A stretch of DNA of 64,000 nucleotides from Bugula neritina (taxonomy: Eukaryota; Animalia; Bryozoa), in contig OZ037771.1 in assembly GCA_964035545.1 (NCBI GenBank), positions 10,854,480-10,918,479 on the forward strand, read 5' to 3'. The position numbers and the translations under genes are program-made. Of this stretch, positions 12,874 through 25,184 are shown piece by piece; positions within the stretch are counted from its first letter, which is position 1, and each line of letters opens with the position of its first letter. The notes under the pieces are model-generated. The model was not told the DNA's origin and searched no databases. It saw only the letters and a program-made list of their open reading frames with translations.

Positions 12874-14990
12874 TGCAGGGTCCCTAAAAATAAATTGGCA
12901 GTATTATTAAACTTGAAAAAAACCTCAACATTTAAAAAGTAATGCATATCAAATGTTACTGCTATTTTGTGAGATGCTATCATTAACTAATATTAACTAA
13001 ACCCAGCAGCTTAACCTAACTTAGACTACTGAAGGACTACATAGTATTACTGGCACACATATTATGGTACACCGCTAATATAATGCAAGTTTAACATAAA
13101 CTAAAGATAGATGAAAAACAAGGACTTGAACATTCAAATTAAATACCATAAGGCGTATAGTATACATGATACATCATATATAGTGATAGGGAAGGTTACA
13201 GAAAGAAACATGCTGAATATACGATCGAAGAAATAACATATTATTTATTAATGGCTTCATTGGATATGACACAAAATGATAAGCTTATTCTGTGAACTCC
13301 AGAAATTCAATATACAATTTGGAGTTTTTTGCAGGCTATTAAAGTGCTACACTTACACGTTCTACAATTTTAGTGATACTAAAAATATAATGGCAATAAA
13401 GTTAAAATATCAGTATATCAATTAATAATAGTTATAATATTGTTTTAAAAGTAATGCTAACAGCGTCATTAATACTGCCAGTAGACAACAAAAAACATTT
13501 ATACGAATAATTTGATAATAATAAACGATTACAACACAAAGTTAAGTTTAATATTGAGTATTAATATAAAGTCATTTAAATTGAAATAAAATTGGGTAAA
13601 AATAAATATTGGTCAAACTAGTTGCTGATAAAATATTTAGGATCAATATAAAATTCCGAACCATTAAATTATGATGCTTCAACTGGTAGTATAAGGTCTA
13701 TCAACTTAACTACACCATGACTATTGTCATTCTTTACTGATCTCTGGAGTGTAACCAATTTGATTCGGGGTCAACATTAAACCTGTCAAACTTTACTACA
13801 ATTATCATTGAAACTCAAACAGAGACTAGTGTCAACCATGTGCTTTCATTATCATTACGTCTAATGATATAAAATTCTGTTATCAATTCTTGTTTGCCAC
13901 CCAAATAGACAGTACAACTATTACTCTATAAGTATAATCATCACTAGCAGTTTCAGTGTTTGTTTTTATAATTGCATTGCTATCCAAATATATTTTAAAC
14001 TACTAATTTGTTTCATGATTCCAATATAAATATGCAACATTAGTTATCTAAGAGTAAATTGACAGGCAAAACCATCATAACGAGGATAGTATTAGTATGG
14101 TAAATAAATAGAACAATAATTATAGTCCACCATAAGCCAGTGAGTTATCATAATTTAACAGTTTGTAATTAATATCTATAGCATCATTAACTTGATGTTA
14201 ATAGTTTGTTAATTATAATCATTAATTGGAATGTAGAACTGAGTATGATGATTAATTAATTTCATCATAATGAAAACCATTATCATTATGAATTTATCAT
14301 CTTGATTATTAGAGTGTGAACATTGATATGCTACCACTACTAGTACTAGTACTTGTAGCAGTGCCATGATGAGGATCTGTGACCATGATGGTCATCAATC
14401 GCTATTAGGTGACTGATTATGATTAAGCCATGATCGGTGATCATCATCATGTTGAATAATCATAAGTAAATTTAGGACCAGAATAACTATAAGTATAACT
14501 TATATTGTTATAGGTATAACTATTACTATTAGTAATAGTAATAGTTATACCTATAACAATATAAGTTATAGTATTACTATAGGTATAACTATAAGTATAA
14601 AAATATCATCATGATTATTAAATTCAATACCGATACGAATACGGAATATCAATTTGAATATGTATTACAGTATTATTATTACAGTATTAGTATAACTATA
14701 AGTATAAGTTTACCGCAAGTTATCATTATGATTATTCAAATTTTTCGATGATTAAAAATAAAACATCATCAAATCACCCAACGAATCGACTCCCAAGATT
14801 ATTTTCACTTTTAGTTCAACTTTCAGCTTTGTCCAACTACAACGTCAACTGGTACTACAAGCTGAAGTACAACTAGTACTACCAGTACAACTACAAGTTT
14901 AACTGAAAACTTCAACATATACAGTTTCAGTTTGAGTTTCAGTTTGAGTTTTGTGAGTTCAACTTGACATCGCGATCGATCACAACTTAC

Positions 14991-15832
14991 CAGAATATAT
15001 TACACTGAAATTTATAAAGCTGCGTACATGAAAATTTATTATAACTAAATTCACATAAAACAATCAGTGCATGCACCAAAGAGAAAGGAATAAAATATGA
15101 TAAGCGTTTGAAAAAATTAGCATTTATAATTTTATCAGTTGGATTTCAATATCGAAATGCTGTTTAAGAGTACTCACCAATTATCTCCGGTGATTAATTT
15201 GCTGCGGAGGCATTACATTGCTCTCTAATACAAAAATATTTGTAACCAGTTAGTGTTCACAAAAACCTAAAATAAATGCAATGACAGGTGTAGTCCGATT
15301 TCTTCACATCAAAATATTATTATTAGTATTATCGTGAATTCGGATGCGATTCGTGAGAGCTCAGTCAATTCGGCAGTGACAACATACAATGACCTGGATG
15401 CTATTTCTTGTTCAGTGATTACATATATTATGTTTTCACAAATAATATTTTTTGGCAGAAAAACATTCCACGTTGGGTTTCAGAAAGAGGGAGCACCTGC
15501 CGCAACAGTTTATCTTGAATTTCACAAATCTAACAGATTCGTTGGTTGGTTTTTTACAGTCGTAATATTTTCGATAATTACGGCAATTGAAATAGTCTCT
15601 TTCATTACAGCGACTTAAGTTTTGTATTTTTAAGTCAAATTTGTCTTCCCACTCATCATACTCATTTGATCATTGACTTTCAGTTAAATCCTTTTTGCAC
15701 CAGACTTGGCAATTGATATTACTATTAGTTATTGCTATAGGTGTATATAGTCACCAATAGTAATACTAATATTGTTCACAATTTTTGAGTCAAAGTTTTT
15801 TTTATTATAATTATTAATTATAATTATAAATT
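14991..15832. promoter_or_regulatory. Probable bidirectional promoter and 5' UTR region shared by TBL1XR1 and ATG3
   Basis: Head-to-head genes. Minus-strand donors GTAAGT (14990) and GTGAGT (15177) imply TBL1 5' UTR exons. There is an Inr-like TCAGTC at 15361 on the plus strand and more CpG locally. Confidence 0.55.
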
Positions 15833-18800
15833 ATGGCTATGCAAAATGTCTTCAACAACGTGAAAAGTACAGCATTTGGAGTAGCTGAGAAGTTTGTGCC
15901 GATTCTAAAAGTTAGTACCACTACTTATTAATTTTATATTCGTTTAAAACTTTATAACTAATAATTATACGCAATAGGCAATAGCTATACCAATGGCAAT
16001 ACGAATACGTATATGTTTTCACTATAATTATCAGAATTAATATTATAACTACTATAAAATTAAATAGTAAAATACTATTACTAACTCAACAATCAACTGT
16101 AACTCGGAGTTTGACTTCGAGGTCACACTGCGCTTTCAATTTCAATTTACTCATTACTGCAATTCCAACTTACGGCAAAATATTTAAGTAAATAAAATGA
16201 TAATATATTGATGGTTGTTGTCAATGTTGTCACTTTATTTTAATGATTTAAAGTTATAATTATTATTATTACTAAAACTAATACTAATAGTATGAAGATA
16301 AGTAAAAGTCAAACGTGCTCGGTGCTACTGCAAGTGCTAACCAATTTATGGCTAATGTCATTCACTCATTCACATTGCTATAAGTATAAGTATAAATAAC
16401 TATAAGTATACTAATTCTTATAGTAATACTTATACTGATACTGATACAGATTGAAATACTTACATAAACATACTCGTACTCATAGTGACTGATAACCATT
16501 ATGATAAAAATAAAACTCATTAATACTTATACTTACAGTGATACTAATACTGATAGTCTAATACAATTAAATGTTCTATAATCTATACCATTACCATGTC
16601 CGCAGCAACTTTAAATTATGAATGCCATAACATAAAGCTAAGGCATAAGGTTGGCAGGGCTACTAAAACTTTCAAAAGAATGAAATAAGTATTTGAGTTT
16701 TTAAAAAGAAGTTGAAAACTTACGTCATATAATTAAATGATGGTTATGATAGAACACTGACATTATAATAGTAATATTTATTAGGTCTGTCTACTATTAT
16801 GCTTATGATTATAGCTATCAGTATCACTATCGATGTTGCGGTGGCCCTTGCTTTAAGACTGATGCCTATTATCAAATCTTTATAAAGTTAATTTTAATAT
16901 GATTATGATGGTTGCTATTGTAATAATTGCCATTGTGACTAACTGAAAAAATGATGATGGCAAGAAATATGTTTATGCATATAATATAGCTTTTACTGAC
17001 CTTTAAGCATTTGCATTGGGTGGAGGTTGCATGCCATTTAGGGGTTTTAGTAAAGGTATGAAGCAATACTAAAGGAATTTTCTAACAAAAATTATTTTGC
17101 AAAAATTATTGCACTTGAATTTAGACTCCATATAGGTAGTAGATTAAATCATGTCTCTTTTTACTTAATATTTTACTCTGTCCCCTTTCAGAATTTCTAG
17201 GCACATAGTAACTATCATTAATATTGTTGGTTGTAAAATTTTAAATTTGTTGTTTTTCAGGCTTCGAAGTTTCAAGAAACTGGAGTTATCACACCTGATG
17301 AGGTAATTGCTCACATGTGCTAGCACTATCTGTGCCCATCATTTACGCTAATGCAAGTTTAATATTTGATGTTTTACTTTAATACATTAGTATTGCACTA
17401 TAATAATTTGTAAATAAATATTTTATCAGCAAATGTTTATTGGGTGTGACATTCTTATGCGTGTTGTCAGCATTACGTTATTGGTTGTTTACATTTTAGT
17501 TTGTGGCAGCCGGTGACCACCTGGTACATCATTGTCCAACATGGCAATGGGCAGGGGGAGATGAGTCTAAATCAAAGTCATATCTTCCCAAAGACAAACA
17601 GTTTTTAATCACTAAAAACGGTGAGTAATTTTAATACTACTTACTAGATTACCAGGTGATAGTGCAGTTTGTTAGTTGCTGCATTGTGTTGATATATTGT
17701 AAGTTCTTGTATTCTGGCTTTAAAACTGTTCGGTTAAAGGAGTTATCTTATCGCAGCAGCATCTCAATGTTTTACAGTGTGTGTTCTTCGGTACCAAATA
17801 CTATTTTCTGTTTCTATCCTCAAGTATTGTGCAGCTGATGTAATGCGGTGCATTGCTATAGAAGTGTTATGTGATTAATGCAATGCACTGATAATGTAGT
17901 ACCACGTACTAATGTAGTTTGATACATATTATACTGATATGATGGTGCAGTGTAGTGTTATATAGTGTAATGTATTGATATTGTAGTGCTGTGTAGTGTA
18001 ATGTACTGATACTGTAGTACTGTATAGTGCATTGTACTTATATTGCAGTGCTATGTAGTGTACTGTACTAATCTTTCAGTGTTATCTAGCGTAATGTACT
18101 AATACTGTAGTGTACAGTATGGATACTGTAGTGCTGTATAGTGTACTGTACGGATACTGTAGTGTTATGTAGTGCATGTACTGATATAGTAGTGCTATGT
18201 AGTGTAATGTACTGATCTTTTAGTGCTGTCTAGTGTTATTTACTAATGCTGTAGTTCACTGTACTGATATTGTAGTGCCCTGCTATAAACGAGTCAAACA
18301 AATGGACACTCACAACAACTCGCAAGAGAAAGTAGTGGATGCAGATGGTTCAGATGAGGGGTGGGTGGATACGCACCACTATAGTGAAACAGGGGGTGGA
18401 GATTTAACCAACCAAGTCTCTGAGATGACTCTAGAAACCGTGAGTGATATTGTTGTCTTGCTCTAGTCTTATACCTGTTCTATTTATATACCTGTTCTAT
18501 TTATATACCTGTTCTATTTATATACATGTTCTATTTATATACCTGTTCTATTTATATACCTGTTCTATTTATATACCTGTTCTGTTTATATACCTGTTCT
18601 ATTTATATGCATGTTCTATTTATATACCTTATCTATTTATATACCTGTTCTATTTATATACCTGTTCTATTTATATACCTGTTCTATTTATATGCATGTT
18701 CTATTTATATACCTAATCTATTTATATACCTGTTCTATTTATATACTTGTTCTATTTATATACTTGTTCTATTTATATACATGTTCTATTTATATACATG

Positions 18801-21800
18801 TTCTATTTATATACCTGTTCTATTTATATGCATGTTCTATTTATATGCATGTTCTATTTATATACCTGTTCTATTTATATGCATGTTCTATTTATATACC
18901 TAATCTATTTATATACCTGTTCTATTTATATACCTGCTCTATTTATATACATGTTCTATTTATATACATGTTCTAATTATATAACTCTCTTGTATTGGAT
19001 GCAGGTCTGGTTAACAGTTTCCACTTCTATCAGTATTCATGAGTCTCTGTATAATATTATATGTGGCTAAGCAACTTGAAAATGGCCTCGTGTAGTACTT
19101 AGCTTCTCATGGAGTTGCCCTTCCTTTGTTCTTGTCTTATTTTAAATGGTAAAGTTTCTTATATGTTGATACTTGGCTATTTCTCCTAGCCTGCTGCCCA
19201 GTCATTTGCTAAGACAGAAGACATTGATGATGACGATGACGAAGAGGCATTAGATATGGATGAGTTTGAGGAACAAGGGCTGACCCTTGAAGTAAAAGAT
19301 CCCGTAAGTCTTGATATTGTATACTGAAATTGTGACTCCGCAGTTACTTTACAACTATTAACTTTCACATTTCTCAAGCCAAGCGTTTTAAAAGCTGTTT
19401 GACTCTACTCTTAGTCAAAATCTTCTCTATGTTGGCAGATATTGCTTTTTCAAAGTGATGGCATTGCTTGTTCAAATTGTATATGTTCAAAGTGTTCTTA
19501 AGCTAAGATTATCTTTCATGTATCAAGTTTGATATCCATATTTATTACATTGTCTGTGGAACCAATAAGTCTAGAAGTATAGGTCTTGGAAAGAGTTCGG
19601 TGCCCATAGCTTGTGTTGTGTTGAAGTAAACACCTATGAACTGGAGGTGGTTGTGTAGACGGAAAATATTGTGTAATATAGTAATAATATAATAGTAAAA
19701 TATGCTGCTAGGGTACAGCTGACATAGGTCAAGCCCAGGCAGCTGACAATGACATCATACAAGCCAGAACCTATGACCTTCGTATTACATATGATAAGTA
19801 CTACCAAACCCCTAGACTCTGGCTCACAGGCTACGATGAGGTGAGTCTTGGGCTATTTACTTGTGAAATCAGTGGCCATTATGTAAACACAGTTTGCTGG
19901 CAGTTCTTACTTGCTAATGATTAAGCCACGCACACTAGGCAGAGCAGACACTAGCTAATTTCCTAATCATATTGGGACATTTGAAGCTCCCTGAAACTGA
20001 AACTCACCCTTCTTCAATCTATAAAGGTCTTTTAGGAGTTCAGGTTTTTTTTTTTTTTGATTTGCAATAGAATTTCTACTTAGTTACCATTCCATCGTTG
20101 CGCAATCTTGTTTAAATGCCACTTTAATATAATTTGCCGTTGTCAAAGCACTGCTTCATTCAATAGAAAATCAGCATCGAAATGGATTTTATCAACAGTG
20201 GAGTACAATCTCCGCTTGCTTGCTTTCTCCACACATTTAGTTTAGTGTGTTGGACCATTTGAAGTTCTCTTTCCTTCTAGTTGTCAAAAATTTCAATAAG
20301 ATATGCAAACCTGAGACCCAACACTTCTTATATAATTCCTTGTTAAGTTCTATATGTGCATGTTTTGCTTGCCTTCTGTAATATTGGAAATGGTTTCACA
20401 GCCATAAAACTATATTGCTACACAAACTTTACGTATAAGTTGTATATTATACTGAACAGAACTGTACGTATAAGTTGTATATTCCTACAGAATAGGAAGT
20501 CTCTCACCGTTGACCTGATGTACGAAGACTTCAGTGAAGATCATGCCAATAAGACTATCACCATGGAGCCGTTTCCTCACATTCCCGGCCCTCCAATGGC
20601 GTCTGTACACCCTTGCAAGTGAGCATAACTTCAGATTACTCTTGTGTACTCAGTAGATGTGCTGTGAGCATGTGTGTCATGTGACTAATACAAATCCTGC
20701 TACAGCTACTTGGTTTAGTAGTGTGTTGTACAGCTTATTGTGACTGGGAAATTATGACATGGGCACAGTGTCTTGTAGCAAACATCTTAGGTTTTATTCT
20801 ATTTATTTTCAACTGAAACGCTATTTATATAAGTTGTCTTCTTTTTCTTTAATTTTTCTCCATTTATACAACATTGTAATTTCTTTCCCTTTATTTATAC
20901 AATTGTAATTTCTCCCCCTCCCACCTAGCATGAACACAGCCAACTCAATTGTGTTGCCATGTTTACAATATCTTACTAAAACTAAAATATCTGGGACTAT
21001 GTAGCTTCAGAGATTGTCTTTACAGCTGTTGTGGTTTTAGAGATTGCATTCTTGGGGGTAGATTATGGAGTTGCGTGCTTTCCCAGTTTGCAATGTACTA
21101 GCTAATGCGTACATGGAATAGGTCTAACTGCTGCATTTTGTAGTTTCTACAGGGATATTATTCAGTCTGCTAGGCCTTTGTTAGAAAGATATATATACAT
21201 GTTGCATTCTTCGAGTGACCAGTGTGTAAAGATTTACATGTTGAATTCTATACATGTTTCAAGAGTGTTGAAACTACTCCATTATGTTTGGCACAGTCTT
21301 CATTTGATGGCCAATTGATACAAATGGATAAGTTTTATTCACATGTGTTACTAATGTAGTGCACATATTTCAACACTCAACTAGTTATAGTGAAACAATT
21401 TTTTTCTCTCTCAAGGCCTGGCCACACACTCGTGAGAATCACACGAAATCGTCTATTTTGCACGAACACACAAACGTATGATCAAATTTGAGGGAATTCA
21501 TGCGAAATCGTGTTCGCTGGGTGCACCCATCGAAGACGTTGAACGAAAAATCCCAATCAACGATGAGCACCATTTGATTGGTCAATAGAATTCTAGCAAC
21601 AGTGATTATTTCGTTTTTACCACGTTTCTGTGTCTGGCAATTTTCTGCTGTTTGTATTTTGTGCAAGACTCATTCACGACTATTATGTGTTTCATCAGAC
21701 GAGTGTGTGGCTGGTCATAACGAGAAGATAACTTACGACAATATTCACACAGATTTTGTGTGATTCTCACCGGTGTGTGGCCACCAGGCCTTAAGACTAA

Positions 21801-23286
21801 ATTCTAGTTAAATAGGTTGACTAGTGAAAACAGATGTTTGAAGCTTAAATCTGCCAGATTTTCGCTAAACTCGTGCTGCCATTTCAGCAATGAGCTGTAC
21901 TTGTTACTGCTGTTTGAGAGCTGGTAGTTACAATAGTGCGTTGAAGTAGAGGTCTGTGTTAGTGCTTAAGTCATTAACAGCACCAAATGTTGTATTTCTG
22001 GCTCGTTGATGATTCATATGGGATTTCCTGTTATTGCAAGTCATATCAGTTGTGACATTTGATTTAGTTTCCAGTCTTTGTGTGGTTTTGCTGTTACAGC
22101 ATCAGTCACTCTGGATTCAACTGTTTAAAGTTTAGTCACTGGTTGGATTCCAAGTGTGCCTGGTTTAATATTTCCTTACTGATGAAACATTTTGTTATAT
22201 GTTTTATGTAATTTGCTCATTTTTTTAGAATTTCCACACTTTGTATGGAGCTGAGATATCAAGCTTGAGTGTGAATCATACTGTAGACTATTGAGTATAG
22301 AACTGTAGACTATTGAGTATAGAACTGTAGACTATTGAGTATAGAATTGTAGACTATTGAGTATAGAACTGTAGACTATTGAGTATAGAACTGTAGACTA
22401 TTGAGTATAGAACTGTATACTATTGAGTATAGAACTGTAGACTATTGAGTGTAGAACTGTAGACTATTGAGTATAGAAATGTAGACTATTGAGTGTAGAA
22501 CTGTAGACTATTGAGTATAGAACTGTAGACTATTGAGTATAGAACTGTAGACTATTGAGTATAGAACTGTAGACTATTGAGTATATAACTGTAGACTATT
22601 GAGTATAGAACTGTAGACTATTGAGTGTAGAACTGTAGACTATTGAGTATAGAACTGTAGACTATTGAGTGTAGAAATGTAGACTACTGAGTATAGAACT
22701 GTAGACTATTGAGTATAGAACTGTAGACTATTGAGTATAGAATTGTAGACTATTGAGTATAGAACTGTAGACTATTGAGTGTAGAACTGTAGACTATTGA
22801 GTATAGAACTGTAGAATACTGAGTATAGAACTGTAGACTATTGAGTATAGAACTGTAGACTATTGAGTATAGAACTGTAGACTATTGAGTATAGAACTGT
22901 AGACTATTGAGTATAGAATTGTAGACTATTGAGTATAGAACTGTAGACTATTGAGTATAGAACTGTAGACTATTGAGTGTAGAACTGTAGACTATTGAGT
23001 ATAGAACTGTAGACTACTGAGTATAGAACTGTAGATCATTGAGTATAGAACTGTAGACTATTGAGTATAGAACTGTAGACTATTGAGTATAGAACATAGT
23101 ATATAATTTTCACACACTTGTACTCTCTCTTGCAGACACGCAGCTGTTATGAAGAAGATAATAGAAACTGTAGCCGAGGGAGGCAACTCACTCGGTGTTC
23201 ACATGTACATCATGATATTCCTCAAGTTTGTCCAGGCTATTATACCCACTATAGAATATGATTTCACTCGCAATTTCAGCATGTGA
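15833..23286 (+). CDS. ATG3: Ubiquitin-like-conjugating (E2-like) autophagy enzyme ATG3
   Basis: Exons 15833-15910, 17261-17302, 17500-17620, 18276-18439, 19190-19303, 19712-19840, 20491-20618 and 23136-23286. Motifs: [60 protein letters not shown], catalytic SVHPCKHA, and C-terminal [17 protein letters not shown]. Confidence 0.98.
17870..18275. repeat. Degenerate minisatellite running up to an ATG3 acceptor site
   Basis: GTAGTGTAATGTACTGATACTGTAGTGCT-like units. Confidence 0.75.
18470..18975. repeat. 17-bp minisatellite x~30 in an ATG3 intron
   Basis: Unit ATACCTGTTCTATTTAT. Confidence 0.95.
21414..21791. mobile_element. MITE, probably Harbinger-like, in the last ATG3 intron
   Basis: Terminal inverted repeats AGGCCTG(GTG)GCCACACAC..GTGAGAATCACAC.AAATC. 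Flanks TCA/TAA form an imperfect TWA target duplication. The GGCCACAC terminal motif is shared with the 5165 element. Confidence 0.75.
22281..23095. repeat. 22-bp minisatellite x~37 in an ATG3 intron
   Basis: Unit CTGTAGACTATTGAGTATAGAA. Confidence 0.97.
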
Positions 23287-24209
23287 AGCTGTCAACAAAT
23301 GGGCTGCGATAATCAAGTCATTTATATTTCATATACTTTAATATCTGTTAACATAATGGCATACATGACCTTCCCACTGTCTTGTAATTTCACTATTGAA
23401 GACGCTTGTAGGATTTTATTATCTTTCTAGTTTAATTTTCAAAATATTCAGAAACAATGTTGTGCTGATTCATATTATTTATTCTTTTTTGATTCAAATA
23501 ATTTAATATAATATTTTGTGCATTTGTAAACAAGTTCGGTATGATCATTCAATTTGTATTTTATTGGACAGTCTAATGGCTTCACTAACTACCATTGTTT
23601 CACACAGGAAACTAAATTATAGTGTCAAAATCTATAAAACCAACATTGTTATAACCCCCCCCCCCCCACACGCACGCACACAGACACACACACACACAGA
23701 CAGCTGTATAGCTACACTCTCTATTATATCAGTGTCATTGCTAACTTTAGGAATAACTTGAGCAATTAGAAAACTAATTCAATATTATTTATTAAAGTTA
23801 TTCTCCTCTTAATTTGACCGTGATTCTTGTAAACCACAAATAAAAGGAAGATGTAACAGTTTTTATAAATGCCAAACAGTACACATGACACCCATGCATC
23901 TCTATAATATCCCTTATATGTAGGTAATATAATTAGTATATGAAATGCTGAAGAACCATGCCAGCACAAGTCATTCTCTCTAATTCTCAATCTATTTAAT
24001 TTTTGAATACTTGCTTGATTTTTCATTTGGCGGTGTAATAAGACATTGCAGTCACTAAGTAATAAATATCTTATATTTACTAGTATTGCGTTAACAGTGC
24101 TGGCTCTGTTGATGCGAGTTTAATAAAAAGGACAAATCTATAGTTATAAAGCTTTTAAAGGATGGAGTGCAAGGCCAGTTATATGATAAGCTGCTTTATA
24201 TCACTATAT

Positions 24210-24392
24210 GTGTTTCATCTGTGGTTATACAAGTGTTTCACCTGTAGTTATACAAGTGTTTCACCTGTGGTTATGCAAGTGTTTCACCTGTGGTTATGCA
24301 AGTATTTCACCTGTGGTTATACAAGTGTTTCACCTATGGTTATACAAGTGTTTCACCTGTGGTTATGCAAATGTTTCACCTGTAGTTATACA
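24210..24392. repeat. 23-bp minisatellite x~8, intergenic
   Basis: Unit TTTCACCTGTGGTTATACAAGTG. Confidence 0.9.
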
Positions 24393-25184
24393 AAGGTCTG
24401 TCGTCTAATGATGGTCACATAATGCTAAGCTTAATCAGTTTGTTTATGTAACGGTTAACTAAAAGTCAGCCATTTTTAAAAAAATTTGTTGCTCTGCTGA
24501 GAAGTGTGCATATAATGCATTTGATGATGTAATAACTGGTACCATTCTGGTGACAGGATTTCATTACCGTTGATAATTGACATAATGTTAATTAGTAATG
24601 AGCATTATATTAATAGTATAGTATATTAATAGTATAATATAATTATATTATAGGTAATTGCTATGGTATATTGAAGTTATGGTAATTAGTAATTCAGATT
24701 ATGATAAAGCTATTAAAAGCTACCGAAATAAGAAATTCAGTTGGAAGCATCCAATGATTCCCAAGATGCCAATTATTTTATTTATTATGAAAATGACCCA
24801 TAACTAGATTGTTTATGTAATACATAATATTGCAATTTGCAAAAGCATCACCATGGGTGATAACTCCAAATTATTGTCGCAAATACTTTATTTTAAAAAA
24901 AATGCACAAATCTCTCATTTAACCTATTAGGTACCACACAAAAATATACAGTGTCATAATTTTGACAGCAACACTAAAGCATCCTTATAGAATTTCTATA
25001 CGAATAGTTTTAAAAGTTGAACTTTTGCATGGTGCATCCATTTGATAAGTATTCAAAGAAAAATGAAACCAATTAAATGACAGCTGGTAAGAATAAAATA
25101 TATAAATAGTTAAACTGATGAAAGAATTGCTGGCGTATTATATTTCACACATAAACAAGTTTTTAAGCTTCACTTGATGTTAGG

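Noticed and set aside
18444-19070. Tyr/Leu/Cys-rich ORFs
   Set aside because: They come from the 17-bp intronic minisatellite.
9490-23095. Repeat arrays (30, 19, 17 and 22 bp) as possible CRISPR arrays
   Set aside because: Head-to-tail units with no unique spacers, no cas genes, and an intronic eukaryotic context.
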